DNA of 64,000 nt from the NCBI RefSeq assembly GCF_000756815.1, contig NZ_CCVW01000002.1:238157-302156 (forward strand), given 5' to 3'. A model generated the notes under the pieces. It made no database searches and was not told the DNA's origin. It worked only from the letters and a program-made list of their open reading frames with translations. Of the stretch, positions 8,728 to 19,596 are shown piece by piece (positions within the stretch are counted from its first letter, which is position 1; the number at the start of each line of letters is the position of its first letter). Made by a program: the position numbers and the translations under genes. The stretch is from Legionella massiliensis (GTDB lineage: Bacteria > Pseudomonadota > Gammaproteobacteria > Legionellales > Legionellaceae).

Positions 8728-10401
8728 TCAATCTTTCAAACGACGATACTTAATTCGTGAAGGCTTGTCGGCCTCATCCCCTAAACGCCGCTTTCTATCT
8801 GCTTCATAATCGCTGTAATTGCCCTCAACAAACACGACTTGGGAATCCCCTTCAAAAGCCATTAGATGGGTGCAAACTCGATCGAGGAACCAGCGATCAT
8901 GGGAGATAACAATAGCGCAGCCAGGGAAATTGAGGATCGCATCTTCCAAGGCTCTTAGGGTTTCGACATCAAGGTCATTACTAGGTTCGTCGAGTAACAA
9001 CACATTGCCGCCACGTTTGAGTAATTTAGCTAGATGTACACGATTGCGCTCACCGCCCGATAATTGCGACATTTTTTTCTGCTGATCCGCGCCCTTAAAA
9101 TTGAAGCGGCCAACGTAGGCTCTGGATGGCATTTGGAAAGAACCAACCTGCATAATGTCATGACCATCAGCAATTTCTTGCCAAACCGTTTTATTATCAT
9201 CTAAATGGTCACGCAACTGATCGACATAAGCCAGATTTACTGTTTCACCAATACGAATTTCACCGCTATCGGGGCTTTCCTGACCAGTAATCATTTTTAA
9301 GAAGGTCGATTTACCTGCGCCATTGGGACCGATAATTCCAAGTATCCCAGCTTTAGGTAATTGGAAGTTTAAATTTTCAAATAAGAGGCGATCACCGAAG
9401 GATTTGCTAATTTGCAGGCCTTCGAGAACCAAATCACCAAGTCGCTCACCCGGCGGAATATAGAGCTCATTGGTTTCATTACGTTTTTGAAATTCTTTTG
9501 AATTCATTTCATCAAAACGAGCAAGTCTTGCCTTGTTCTTAGCATGACGTCCCTTCGGTGAAGTGCGAACCCACTCCAACTCTGCCTTGATAGCACGTTG
9601 GTGGGAAGCCTGTTGTTTGTCTTCCATCGCCAGGCGCTCTTCTTTTTGCTCGAGCCAGGAGGTGTAGTTTCCTTTATAAGGAATACCCTCACCGCGATCG
9701 AGCTCCAGAATCCACTCAGCAGCATTATCCAGAAAATAGCGATCGTGGGTAATAGCAACCACTGTTCCGGCGAACTCTTCAAGATAACGCTCAAGCCAGG
9801 CAACACTTTCTGCATCGAGATGGTTAGTTGGCTCATCGAGTAACAACATATCTGGGCTTGACAAGAGTAAACGACAGAGAGCGACTCGGCGGCGTTCTCC
9901 TCCCGATAAATTTTGGATTTTTGCATCCCATTCTGGCAAGCGAAGCGCATCTGCTGCAATATCCAAACGACGATCGAGATCCCAGCCACCATGGGTTTCA
10001 ATATCATTCTGCAGTTCGCCTTGCTTCATCAATAAGTCATTCATTTCATCATCACTCATTGGCTCTGCAAAACGCATGCTAATTTCGTCGAAGGCAACGA
10101 GTTTGGCTTTAATCTCTTTAACACCCTCTTCAACGATTTCACGAACAGTCTTGTCCATATCAAGCTGAGGCTCTTGCTCCAGATAGCCAATTTTAATACC
10201 TGGTTGCGGTCTCGCCTCGCCCTCATGTTGGGTATCTACACCTGCCATGATCCGCAGTAAAGTCGATTTTCCTGACCCATTTAAACCCAGAACCCCAATC
10301 TTGGCACCTGGAAAAAAACTCAGGGAAATATCTTTTAATATAAAGCGTTGATTATCAACCACCTTAGAAACGCGGTTCATAGTAAAAATGTATTGGGACA
10401 T
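8728..10401 (-). CDS. ettA: Energy-dependent translational throttle protein EttA (ABC-F ATPase)
   Basis: 557 aa, collinear with E. coli EttA (MSQYIFTMNRVSKVV...KDISLSFFPGAKIGVLGLNGSGKSTLLRIMAG). Two ABC cassettes, each with Walker A/B and LSGGE signature motifs. Confidence 0.9.
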   Translation of the reverse strand: MSQYIFTMNRVSKVVDNQRFILKDISLSFFPGAKIGVLGLNGSGKSTLLRIMAGVDTQHEGEARPQPGIKIGYLEQEPQLDMDKTVREIVEEGVKEIKAKLVAFDEISMRFAEPMSDDEMNDLLMKQGELQNDIETHGGWDLDRRLDIAADALRLPEWDAKIQNLSGGERRRVALCRLLLSSPDMLLLDEPTNHLDAESVAWLERYLEEFAGTVVAITHDRYFLDNAAEWILELDRGEGIPYKGNYTSWLEQKEERLAMEDKQQASHQRAIKAELEWVRTSPKGRHAKNKARLARFDEMNSKEFQKRNETNELYIPPGERLGDLVLEGLQISKSFGDRLLFENLNFQLPKAGILGIIGPNGAGKSTFLKMITGQESPDSGEIRIGETVNLAYVDQLRDHLDDNKTVWQEIADGHDIMQVGSFQMPSRAYVGRFNFKGADQQKKMSQLSGGERNRVHLAKLLKRGGNVLLLDEPSNDLDVETLRALEDAILNFPGCAIVISHDRWFLDRVCTHLMAFEGDSQVVFVEGNYSDYEADRKRRLGDEADKPSRIKYRRLKD

Positions 10402-10552
10402 AGATGCTCCATCTCGCTAAATGCAGGCGCAGAAAGTAAACCATAGCGTTTAATTTCTCAAGTCTATATTGCGCCTGAATTAAAAATATATTTAGATTCT
10501 TAAGTTGGACTAAAGCCCAGCCTACAATTTTTATAACTCACATCAGCTTCAA

Positions 10553-11578
10553 TCAAGCCCAATCAAGAATTACCTTACCAGACTGGCCTGAAGCCATGAT
10601 TTGAAATGCATGTTGATAATCATCGACTGGAAAATGATGAGTCATAATTGGTTCCAGATTCAAACCACTTTGCAACATGGCTATCATTTTGTACCAGGTT
10701 TCAAACATTTCCCGGCCATAAATTCCTTTAATTATCAGACCCTTAAAAATAACATGATTCCAATCAATAAGGGTTTCTTTGGGAGGAATACCCAATAAAG
10801 CGATATGGCCACCATGGTTCATTGACTTAACCATATCGTTAAAGGCCATGGGATTTCCAGACATTTCAAGACCGACGTCAAATCCTTCAACCATTCCTAA
10901 TTCATCCATGACATCTTTGATTGATTGATATTTGACATTCACAGCACGGGTCGCGCCCATTTTACGTGCTAGTTCTAAACGGTGATCATTAACATCGGTA
11001 ATCACCACATGGCGAGCACCAATATGACGCACAATAGCGGCTGCCATAATACCAATTGGCCCTGCGCCGGTAATTAACACGTCCTCGCCTACGACATCAA
11101 AGGCTAGGGCACAGTGGGTGGCGTTACCAAAGGGGTCAAGAATAGAGGCTTGTTCAGCAGTGATGTTATCAGGCAATACCAGCACATTTGTCGCAGGTAA
11201 TGATAAATATTCAGCAAAACAACCTGGTCGATTGACGCCAACGCCCTCTGTATTACGACAAAGATGTCTTCGTCCAGCGCGGCAATTACGGCACATACCA
11301 CAGGTAATATGCCCTTCTCCGGAAACACGTTGCCCAACTTTAAGGCCCTTTACTTCCCGCCCTACCTCAACAATTTCTCCATAAAACTCATGGCCTACAG
11401 TCATAGGCACGGGGATAGTAGCCTGTGCCCACTCATCCCATGAATAGATGTGAATATCAGTTCCACAAATAGCAGTTTTGTGAATTTTAATCAGTACATC
11501 ATTCACGCCATGCTCAGGTACAGGGACATCCTCCATCCAAATTCCTGGTTCTGGTTTGGCTTTTACTAATGATTTCAT
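10553..11578 (-). CDS. tdh: L-threonine 3-dehydrogenase
   Basis: 341 aa. Zn-ADH motifs, and an N-terminus collinear with E. coli Tdh (GIWM-DVPVPE...[19 protein letters not shown]). Confidence 0.9.
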   Translation of the reverse strand: MKSLVKAKPEPGIWMEDVPVPEHGVNDVLIKIHKTAICGTDIHIYSWDEWAQATIPVPMTVGHEFYGEIVEVGREVKGLKVGQRVSGEGHITCGMCRNCRAGRRHLCRNTEGVGVNRPGCFAEYLSLPATNVLVLPDNITAEQASILDPFGNATHCALAFDVVGEDVLITGAGPIGIMAAAIVRHIGARHVVITDVNDHRLELARKMGATRAVNVKYQSIKDVMDELGMVEGFDVGLEMSGNPMAFNDMVKSMNHGGHIALLGIPPKETLIDWNHVIFKGLIIKGIYGREMFETWYKMIAMLQSGLNLEPIMTHHFPVDDYQHAFQIMASGQSGKVILDWA

Positions 11579-11598
11579 GCATATCCCCCTTTAATATC

Positions 11599-12786
11599 TT
11601 AACTAATAACCCTAAGCTCTTTACCTACTTTCGCGAAAGCCGCTATAGCCTTGTCCAAATGCTCTAACTCATGAGCAGCTGACATTTGAGTACGAATTCT
11701 GGCCTTCCCTTTGGGAACCACTGGGTAGGAAAATCCAACAACATAAATACCTTCTTTCAACAAACGATCTGCCATGCGGCCTGCCAAGGCAGCATCACCT
11801 AGCATAACAGGTATAATTGGGTGCTCGCCTGGAACTAAATCAAAACCAAGCTGAGTCATTCCTTTACGAAAATACTGGCTGTTTCTCTTTAATTTTTGTG
11901 ACAACTCATTGCTTTTTTCCAGCATATCAAGCACGGCAATCGAGCTATGAGCAATTACAGGCGCCAAGGTATTGGAGAAAAGATAGGGTCTGGAACGCTG
12001 ACGCAACCAATCGACGATAACCGCATTCGCAGAGGTATAACCACCTGAAGCACCGCCAAGCGCTTTGCCCAAGGTACCTGTTAAGATATCAATTCGATCA
12101 GCTACCCCACAATATTCCGGCGTACCACGCCCTGTCTCTCCCATAAATCCAACCGCATGGGAATCATCAACCATAACCATTGCATCATAACGCTCAGCCA
12201 GATCACAGATTGCTGCCAAATTAGCAATAATGCCATCCATCGAAAAGACACCATCCGTTGCAATTAAACGGAAACGAGCGTCTTTTGCGGCGATCAATTG
12301 CGCCTCCAGATCCTTCATATCGTTGTTGGCATAGCGGAATCGTTGTGCCTTACATAATCTGACACCATCAATAATACTGGCATGATTAAGCGCATCGCTA
12401 ATAATCGCATCCTCAGGGCTAAGAAGGGTTTCAAACAAACCGGCGTTTGCATCAAAACAAGATGAATAAAGGATAGTGTCTTCCATACCAAGGAAATGGC
12501 TGATTTTCTGCTCTAACTCTTTATGAACAGTTTGTGTACCGCAGATGAAACGCACTGAAGCCATGCCATAACCATATTTTTCCAGTGCTTTTTGCCCTGC
12601 TGTAATCAAGTCAGGATGGTTGGCTAAACCTAAATAATTGTTAGCACAGAGGTTGATAACCTCACCTTCTTTTACTTGGACAGCCGCCTGTTGTTGGCTA
12701 GCTATAATTCGCTCAGATTTGTATAAGCCTTCTTCCTTGAGCATTTCTATCTCAGATTGCAGAAACTCAGTATATCGCTGTGACAC
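11599..12786 (-). CDS. kbl: 2-amino-3-ketobutyrate CoA ligase (glycine C-acetyltransferase)
   Basis: The ORF track starts at a TTG at 12834. The alignment to E. coli Kbl begins at a GTG at 12786, which is preceded by AAGGAG 7 nt upstream, so I take that as the start. PLP-lysine region SFSMDG. Sits immediately upstream of tdh in the classic kbl-tdh operon arrangement. Confidence 0.85.
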   Translation of the reverse strand: MSQRYTEFLQSEIEMLKEEGLYKSERIIASQQQAAVQVKEGEVINLCANNYLGLANHPDLITAGQKALEKYGYGMASVRFICGTQTVHKELEQKISHFLGMEDTILYSSCFDANAGLFETLLSPEDAIISDALNHASIIDGVRLCKAQRFRYANNDMKDLEAQLIAAKDARFRLIATDGVFSMDGIIANLAAICDLAERYDAMVMVDDSHAVGFMGETGRGTPEYCGVADRIDILTGTLGKALGGASGGYTSANAVIVDWLRQRSRPYLFSNTLAPVIAHSSIAVLDMLEKSNELSQKLKRNSQYFRKGMTQLGFDLVPGEHPIIPVMLGDAALAGRMADRLLKEGIYVVGFSYPVVPKGKARIRTQMSAAHELEHLDKAIAAFAKVGKELRVIS

Positions 12787-13038
12787 CTCATTCTCCTTTC
12801 GTTTCAGACTATAAAATGGCGCAGATAATAGCAAATTTTACACAAGTCCTCTATGAAATCCTCTCTACTTGAAAAAAAGAAAATAAATCTAAGCAATCGC
12901 ACCTTTTCTCATTTCTTGCTAGAATCATCGCAACGCTTTAACCTAGCTTGTGCAGATAATCCCTTGAATAGCAATTAACCTGCTGATTCATAATAAAAAA
13001 AATTAACGGCACAATCCCTTTTTTCTGATGGTGAACCA

Positions 13039-13695
13039 ATGACTACTAGTCAAAATGCACGTGTTAATATGGTCAAACAACAGCTCCGCACAGGTGACGT
13101 CCTTGATGAAAACATCCTCTCGCTGTTTAACTCAATCCCACGTCATGAGTTTGTTCCCAGCACTTTAAGAGACGTTGCTTATTCTGACATGCAACTTCCG
13201 TTAGCGCATGGCCAACGTATGATGACGCCCTTGGAAGAAGGCTTAGTTTTACAAGCGCTGGCACTGAAAGGGACTGAAACAGTCCTGGAAATTGGAACGG
13301 GTACCGGATTTTTTACAGCTCTATTAAGTCGTTTATGTAAAAAGGTGTTATCTGTTGATTATTATCAAGAATTCACAGAACATGCGCGACGTAAACTGGA
13401 TGAACATCGCTGCACTAATGTCGAGCTAATCACAGGTGATGCCTGTCGCGGCTGGCTTGATAAAGCACCTTATGATGTTGTTATATTTACCGGCTCTATC
13501 GATGCAGTTACTGAAACCCAACGACTGCAAGTTTTACCAGGTGGAAAACTATTCGTTATAGTCGGCAAGGAACCTGTTATGCAAGGACAGCTACATTCTT
13601 TAGACCACAACGATACCTGGCATGGCAACGTGTTATTCGAAACCTGTTTGCCCTCCTTAATCGATAAATCTAAGCCGAAAGAATTTGTTTTCTAG
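13039..13695 (+). CDS. Protein-L-isoaspartate O-methyltransferase-like SAM methyltransferase
   Basis: 218 aa. Motif I VLEIGTGTGFFTALLS. Sits immediately upstream of the TolC-family gene. Confidence 0.65.
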   Translation: MTTSQNARVNMVKQQLRTGDVLDENILSLFNSIPRHEFVPSTLRDVAYSDMQLPLAHGQRMMTPLEEGLVLQALALKGTETVLEIGTGTGFFTALLSRLCKKVLSVDYYQEFTEHARRKLDEHRCTNVELITGDACRGWLDKAPYDVVIFTGSIDAVTETQRLQVLPGGKLFVIVGKEPVMQGQLHSLDHNDTWHGNVLFETCLPSLIDKSKPKEFVF

Positions 13696-13705
13696 GATAA
13701 GCTGT

Positions 13706-15121
13706 ATGAAAAAAACGTTCTTATGCTTGCTGTTCGGTCTTGGTGTACCTGCCTTGTCGTTCGCAACAGACCTGATGGATATCTACCAGCAAGCGTTGGA
13801 GAACGATCCTATTTTTAAGCAAGCCTATAGCACTTACATGTCTAATACCGAAGCAGTGCCTATAGCTCGTGCTGCCTTATATCCTCAGTTGACTATCAAT
13901 GCCTTAGCTGCACGGAATGTTCAGGATGTTGCGGCATCCACTAGCAGATTAGCGACTACCTACAATTCAAACCAATGGCAGGTCAATGCTTCGCAGGCCT
14001 TATTTAACTATAAGGCCTGGGCCCAAGTGCAACGCGCCAAAGCTTCAGTTAAAGCAGCACAAGCCAGTTTTAATGATTCAGCACAAAATCTGATTTTACG
14101 CACTGCCAGCGCCTATTTTCAGGTGCTATTGGCTAAAGATACTTTGAATTTTGCTGAAGCAAAAAAGCGGGCGAACAAACGCCAGTTTGATCAGGCAGAA
14201 CAACGTTTCAAAGTGGGTTTGGATGCTATTACCTCCGTTTATGAAGCGAAAGCAGCTTATGACCAATCCGTTGCCCAGGTGATTTCGGCAAGAAATAATC
14301 AGATCAATCAAAATGAGAATTTACGTAAATTAACTAACCATGTTTACGAGCATTTATCGCCACTTAGAGACAGCCGTATTCCCTTAGTCAAACCTGAGCC
14401 TGACAATATTAATGAATGGGTGAATACCGGATTAAAGCAAAACTATAAACTTTATGCCGCCAAATATGGCCTAGAAGCGGCGCGTGAAACCATTAAAGCA
14501 CAATCTTCTGGTGCCTGGCCGACCTTTGCCCTGCAAGGGAATAGCACAACAACCCATATTCAATCGGATGTCTCAGCGTCAAATTCGGCTTCCTTTTTTG
14601 TTCCCTCACGCCAAAGTACATCTAATGTAGCTATTGCTATGAATTTTCCTGTTTTTCAGGGTGGTCTTGTGCAAGCTCAAACCAGACAGGCGCAATATAA
14701 TTTTCAAACAACTAGCGAGCAATTAGAGCAAACCTATCGCGATGTTGAGGTCAACAGCCGTATTGCTTTCAATACAATTATCGATGGTATCAGCAAGGTA
14801 AAAGCAGATAAGCAAACGATTATTTCTCAGCAAAATTCGCTTGAAAGCACCGAAGCCCAGTTTCAGGTGGGTACTCGTACGATGGTTGATGTTGTCAATG
14901 CCCAGCAACGGCTTTTCGAAGCGCAAGAACAACTTGCCAGCGATCAATACGACTTGATTAATTCCATTTTAAATTTAAAATACCTCGCCGGCACTTTGAA
15001 TGTGACTGATCTTGAAGAAATTAATGCCTGGCTGCAAACAACCCGTATTGCCAACTTCCCTCCTGAAACCTCAGCAGTTTCTGCTAAGCGTATTGCTGTT
15101 CGTAAAAAGCAAGGTAAGTAG
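13706..15121 (+). CDS. tolC: TolC-family outer-membrane efflux/secretion channel
   Basis: Start taken at ATG 13706 (MKKTFLCLLFGLGVPALSFA signal peptide). Two repeated OEP halves. Start of the mature protein DLMDIYQQALENDPIFKQA matches the typical TolC N-terminus. Confidence 0.8.
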   Translation: MKKTFLCLLFGLGVPALSFATDLMDIYQQALENDPIFKQAYSTYMSNTEAVPIARAALYPQLTINALAARNVQDVAASTSRLATTYNSNQWQVNASQALFNYKAWAQVQRAKASVKAAQASFNDSAQNLILRTASAYFQVLLAKDTLNFAEAKKRANKRQFDQAEQRFKVGLDAITSVYEAKAAYDQSVAQVISARNNQINQNENLRKLTNHVYEHLSPLRDSRIPLVKPEPDNINEWVNTGLKQNYKLYAAKYGLEAARETIKAQSSGAWPTFALQGNSTTTHIQSDVSASNSASFFVPSRQSTSNVAIAMNFPVFQGGLVQAQTRQAQYNFQTTSEQLEQTYRDVEVNSRIAFNTIIDGISKVKADKQTIISQQNSLESTEAQFQVGTRTMVDVVNAQQRLFEAQEQLASDQYDLINSILNLKYLAGTLNVTDLEEINAWLQTTRIANFPPETSAVSAKRIAVRKKQGK

Positions 15122-15167
15122 TGATACAATTGAGTCCAAGTTTGTAAGTAATAGGGCACTCCCCTTC

Positions 15168-15238
15168 CGTCATCCTGAGCGTAGCGAAGAGCTCCTGAAT
15201 GTGACAGAGTGCTAACCCCGGAGATCCTTCGCTACGCT
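15168..15238. repeat. Type A palindromic mini-element
   Basis: Immediately followed by the type B tandem array. Confidence 0.8.
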
Positions 15239-15790
15239 CCCAAAGGCGTACGTCATGTCGAACGTAGAGAGACATCTCCTGAATATGGCAGATGCTAGTC
15301 CCGGAGATCCCCCACTACGTTCGGGATGACGGGATCTTTATCGATGTTTGCCCCAATGGGGCTGGGGCGCTCCCAAAGGCGTACGTCATGTCGAACATAG
15401 AGAGACATCTCCTGAATGTGGCAGATGCTAGTCCCGGAGATCCCCCACTAAGTTCGGGATGACGGGATCTTTATCGATGTTTGCCCCAATGGGGCTGAGG
15501 CGCTCCCAAAGGCGTACGTCATGTCGAACGTAGAGAGGCATCTCCTGAATGTGGCAGATGTTAGTCCCGGAGATCCCTCACTACGTTCGGGATGACAGGG
15601 TCTTTATCGATGTTTGCCCCAATGGGGCTGAGGCGCTCCCAAAGGCGTACGTCATGTCGAACGTAGTGAGACATCTCCTGAATATGGCAGATGCTAGTCC
15701 CGGAGATCCCCCACTATGTTCGGGATGACGGGATCTTTATCGATGTTTGCCCCTAAGGGGCTAGGACACTCTGGATGACGTGCTATGTTA
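15238..15790 (+). repeat. Tandem array of about 4.2 type B units with a ~132-bp period, filling the tolC-ttcA intergenic region
   Basis: Unit starts (ctcccaaaggcgtacgtcatg) at about 15238, 15371, 15503 and 15635. Units are 90-95% identical to each other. The array ends with ...ggctaggacactctggatgacg. Confidence 0.9.
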
Positions 15791-15833
15791 GGGTAATTAC
15801 AGTTCCATTTCATATTTAATTTAGGTTTTTATT

Positions 15834-16679
15834 ATGTCTACAAACCCCACTATTGTTGAAAAAAAATTATTACATTACACCGGCAAAGCCATTTCTGATT
15901 TTAATATGATTCAGCGTGGTGATCGGGTGATGGTGTGTCTATCTGGCGGTAAAGATTCTTTTAGTTTGCTTACCCTATTGCATACCCTACGTCGCCGCTC
16001 AAATAATAAATTTGATATTTTTGCTTTTACCCTTGATCAGGCGCAACCCGGTTGGGATGATAGTAAATTACGTGCCTGGCTCGATGAGAAAGCTATTCCT
16101 CATGAGATCTTAACTCGAGATACCTATTCCATCGTTAAAGAGAAAATTCCAGAAGGCAAAACGTATTGCTCGCTCTGTTCGCGTCTAAGACGAGGTATTA
16201 TCTATCGCTACGCAGAAGAAAATGGCTTCACAAAAATTGCCCTGGGGCACCATCGCGATGATTTAATACGCACCTTAATGATGTCTATTTTGTATAACGG
16301 GGATATCCGTTCGATGCCGCCTAAGCTATTAAGCGACAATAAGAAACACATCGTTATACGTCCCTTATGTTATGTTCAGGAACGAGACATTATTAAATTT
16401 GCTGAAGAACAGGCTTATCCGATCATTCCCTGTACTCTATGTGGTTCCCAGGAGAACCTTGCGCGCAAACGGATTGGTAAATTAATCGATCAACTTGCCG
16501 AAGAAAATCCTAAGGTTCCGTCCAATATTCTACATGCTTTGCAAAGCATCAAGCCGAGCCAATTGATGGACCAGGATCTATGGCAGTTTAAAAATCTTGA
16601 AAGCCAACTGCTCAATCCAATGCTGGATAATGGAGAATCTGTCATTGGTGAGGAAGAGCTGGAAGTTATTGAAGACTAG
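15834..16679 (+). CDS. ttcA: tRNA 2-thiocytidine(32) synthetase
   Basis: 281 aa. PP-loop motif CLSGGKDS. Cys motifs [10 protein letters not shown] and CTLCGSQ. Family-typical length. Confidence 0.85.
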   Translation: MSTNPTIVEKKLLHYTGKAISDFNMIQRGDRVMVCLSGGKDSFSLLTLLHTLRRRSNNKFDIFAFTLDQAQPGWDDSKLRAWLDEKAIPHEILTRDTYSIVKEKIPEGKTYCSLCSRLRRGIIYRYAEENGFTKIALGHHRDDLIRTLMMSILYNGDIRSMPPKLLSDNKKHIVIRPLCYVQERDIIKFAEEQAYPIIPCTLCGSQENLARKRIGKLIDQLAEENPKVPSNILHALQSIKPSQLMDQDLWQFKNLESQLLNPMLDNGESVIGEEELEVIED

Positions 16680-16757
16680 CTTTGAGATCCCGCGGTCAAG
16701 CCGTGGGATTTCGGAACGATTAGGACTGTAGATTATTCTCATCACCTTCACATAGCC

Positions 16758-16900
16758 CCTCACCCTGAGCGCCCCAGCCCCTTTTGGGCAAACATCGATA
16801 AAGACCCCGTCATCCCGAACATAGTGAGGGATCTCCGGGACTAGCATCTGCCACATTCAGGAGATGTCTCTCTGCGTTCGACATGACGTACGTCTTTGGG
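16758..16900 (-). repeat. Type B mini-element in reverse orientation, plus a D-like half-site at 16681-16705
   Basis: Reverse complement of the B consensus (gagcgccccagcccc...caaacatcgataaagacccc...cgtctttggg). Confidence 0.8.
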
Positions 16901-16946
16901 AGCACAACGAAGAATCTCCCAGGTGCTCTTCCTTATATATCATCGA

Positions 16947-17035
16947 ATCCCCTTAACTGCCTTATCCCCTCAGGAGCGAAGGGAAAAAGCGGGGGTTCTC
17001 CCTTCCACGGGACGGATGAGAGCTCCTAAAACTGC
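16947..17035. repeat. Type H-related GC-rich hairpin element (cccctcaggagcgaagggaaaaagcggggg...ttccacgggacggatgag)
   Basis: Related to 54667-54773 and 50897-50945. Confidence 0.55.
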
Positions 17036-17248
17036 CTCACCTTGAAGTTAGGCTTGCCCAAACACATGGGTCTCGCAATCAATCCAGTTTTATACAATAA
17101 TATTTACACTCTGAATAATTGCTTTACACCTTGGCCCGTATGGATTTACATAAAAGTTAAGAAATATTTCTTTCTTGTAAAGATTCACAAAGTATTTAAC
17201 CTGGGTTACTATTGCTTCACCTCTAGCCGTTGCAAAAAAAAAATCATC

Positions 17249-19567
17249 ATGACTGAAGCATTAAATTCTGGTTTTCGTAGGCTCCGTGTTTATCAATCAC
17301 GCCATTTAAAGTTTGATTTCGTCGCAGGTATCGTAGTCTTTCTGGTGGCAATTCCCCTCTGTCTTGGGATTGCGCTAGCCTCTGGCGCCCCCCTATTCTC
17401 AGGTATCCTAAGCGGAATCATCGGTGGTGTAATCGTTGGCTCCCTAAGCGGCTCGCAGGTGAGTGTAAGCGGGCCGGCTGCTGGGATGGCTGCTGTAGTT
17501 CTCGCTGCAATTGCACAGCTTGGCGACTTTAATACCTTTCTTCTGGCTCTGGTGCTTGCTGGCTGTTTGCAAGTTATCATTGGAAGCCTTCGAGCTGGCT
17601 TCATTGCAGAATATATTCCGTCCAATGTCGTCCAAGGCCTGCTCTGCGCGATTGGAATTCTGTTAATTATCAAGCAACTTCCTCTTGCCTTTACCCTCTC
17701 TACTGATCTTAAAGAATTGAAAGTTCATCTCTTAGAATCAACAGAGAGTCTTGCCTTTAACCCCCTTTATCACATGCATGAACATATTAATCGTGGCGCT
17801 TCGATTATTTCGTTGATCTCCTTTGCTATTTTAATTTTCTCCGAGAAAACAAAGATAAAATGGCTGAAGGGAATTCCGGCACCTATTATTGTTGTTATTG
17901 CTGGTATTGTTATTAATGAAATCTTCCTGATGACAGAATCCTCTTTTGCTCAGGCTTATCCTCATTTAGTTAATATCCCTGAACACAATGGCTTTTCAGA
18001 TTTACTTGGGCAATTGCAATATCCCAGTTGGTCCGCCTGGTCTAATCCTAAAGTTTATCTTTATGCCTTTATTATTGCGATTGTGGCTTCATTAGAGAGC
18101 TTGTTAAATGTCAAAGCCGGTGAAAAACTTGACAGTAAACATCGCTATTGCTCTAAAGATCAGGAATTAATTGCTCAGGGTGTTGGTAACCTAGCGGCTG
18201 GTTTAATCGGTGGAATACCAGTGACTTCAGTTATCGTAAGAACCTCCGTTAATATCCAAGCTGGCTCAAAATCTAAATTTTCTACTATCTTACACGGCAT
18301 ATTTCTTTTTCTAGCTGTATTGCTAATTGAGCAATGGCTTAACAAAATACCGCTGTCTTCCTTAGCAGCCATCTTGATTTTTACGGGTTATAAACTGACA
18401 AAACCGTCTATTTACCGCGCTATCTATGAGCAAGGTATGGATAGATTTATTCCCTTCGTTGCTACAGTAGTTAGTATTGTTATCTTTAATCTGTTGATAG
18501 GGATTCTCATCGGATTAGCGATTAGCCTGTTTTTTATTTTGAAATCCAACTCAACTGCACGTTTTGATATCATTAAAGAGATTTATCCAACTGGCGAGGC
18601 TAGTCGCCTGGTCTTACCCCAGCAGATCACCTTTTTAAACAAAGCCTCACTCATTGCGGAGCTAAGTTCTATCCCGAGAAATTCTCAGTTGATTATTGAT
18701 GCGCGCTATTCAAACTATATCGATAAGGAAATCTGTGAATTAATTAAGGAATTTCAGCAAGAACAAGCGCCATTAAAACAAATTTCCCTAAATCTTATTG
18801 GTTTTAAAGAGCATTATGATATTCATAATTATATTGATTTCATTAATGTAACTACCTTTGACGTGCAGGCCAACCTATCACCCCAGCAGGTGTTGAGTAT
18901 CCTGTTAGAAGGAAATCAACGTTTTCTCAATGATACACGTATTCATCGCACCACAAAGATTGACATCAAATATACAGCTGAAACCCAACATCCCATAGCG
19001 GTTGTCTTGGGTTGTATCGATTCTCGAGTACCTGTTGAAACCGTCTTTGATATGAGTTTTGGCGATCTCTTTTGTGTGCGTGTAGCAGGTAATGTCGTCA
19101 ATGAAGACATCCTGGCCAGTATTGAATATGCCTGCCACGTTGCTGGTGCGAAATTGATTGTTGTTCTTGGTCATACCCGCTGCGGAGCAATACAGGCAAG
19201 CTGTGATCATGTTGAAAAGGGCCATATAACCCAGTTGCTAGCTAAGATTAAACCGGCAATCGCAGCAGAAACTGAAATAACCAGCGATCGAAGTTCGAAG
19301 AATACCGAGTTTGTAACGCGGGTAACAGAACTTAATATCGCCAATACCTTGCAACAAATTTATCACGACTCTGAGATTCTAAAATTGATGATTGATCAGG
19401 AAAATATTGGGCTGGTCGGCGCACTCTATGATGTAAGAACAGGGCAAGTTTCCTTTAAAGACTATACCCCTGCGCTAAAAAGCCTAGAGCATGAAACTGA
19501 TAATCATCTTAGAGAGAAAATACAGAAGGTCTTGGGTGCGGCTAATCTGGGAACGGTAATTGGTTAG
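17249..19567 (+). CDS. SulP-family anion (bicarbonate/sulfate) transporter fused to a C-terminal beta-carbonic anhydrase
   Basis: Start reassigned to ATG 17249 (MTEALNSGFRRLRVY...). The ORF track's 17042 start adds 69 non-conserved codons that run through an AT-rich promoter-like region. SulP transmembrane core and STAS-like region. C-terminal beta-CA zinc motifs CIDSRVP and HTRCGAI. Confidence 0.8.
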   Translation: MTEALNSGFRRLRVYQSRHLKFDFVAGIVVFLVAIPLCLGIALASGAPLFSGILSGIIGGVIVGSLSGSQVSVSGPAAGMAAVVLAAIAQLGDFNTFLLALVLAGCLQVIIGSLRAGFIAEYIPSNVVQGLLCAIGILLIIKQLPLAFTLSTDLKELKVHLLESTESLAFNPLYHMHEHINRGASIISLISFAILIFSEKTKIKWLKGIPAPIIVVIAGIVINEIFLMTESSFAQAYPHLVNIPEHNGFSDLLGQLQYPSWSAWSNPKVYLYAFIIAIVASLESLLNVKAGEKLDSKHRYCSKDQELIAQGVGNLAAGLIGGIPVTSVIVRTSVNIQAGSKSKFSTILHGIFLFLAVLLIEQWLNKIPLSSLAAILIFTGYKLTKPSIYRAIYEQGMDRFIPFVATVVSIVIFNLLIGILIGLAISLFFILKSNSTARFDIIKEIYPTGEASRLVLPQQITFLNKASLIAELSSIPRNSQLIIDARYSNYIDKEICELIKEFQQEQAPLKQISLNLIGFKEHYDIHNYIDFINVTTFDVQANLSPQQVLSILLEGNQRFLNDTRIHRTTKIDIKYTAETQHPIAVVLGCIDSRVPVETVFDMSFGDLFCVRVAGNVVNEDILASIEYACHVAGAKLIVVLGHTRCGAIQASCDHVEKGHITQLLAKIKPAIAAETEITSDRSSKNTEFVTRVTELNIANTLQQIYHDSEILKLMIDQENIGLVGALYDVRTGQVSFKDYTPALKSLEHETDNHLREKIQKVLGAANLGTVIG

Positions 19568-19596
19568 AAATTCTTCACTCTGAGCCCAAACATTAC

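Noticed and set aside
12835-13038. tRNA or small RNA gene in the kbl / methyltransferase divergent region and other repeat-free gaps
   Set aside because: No cloverleaf-compatible segments (acceptor stem plus T-loop GTTC.A) were spotted by eye in any intergenic gap. I cannot run tRNAscan, so absence is not proven.
15238-15790. Regularly spaced ~132-bp direct repeats, considered as a possible CRISPR array
   Set aside because: Whole units abut one another with no unique spacers. Unit length and the internal palindrome match the dispersed type B element. There is no cas gene nearby.
16578-16856. 92-aa ORF, and similar short ORFs at 15084-15275, 8392-8619 and 21528-21716
   Set aside because: They lie inside or across the palindromic repeat elements, or antisense to real genes. 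The palindromes create open frames on both strands by symmetry.
17042-17248. 69-codon N-terminal extension of the SulP-CA ORF
   Set aside because: The extension reads through an AT-rich promoter-like region and a repeat element, and gives a non-hydrophobic, K-rich peptide unlike any SulP N-terminus. The conserved start is MTEALNSG at 17249.
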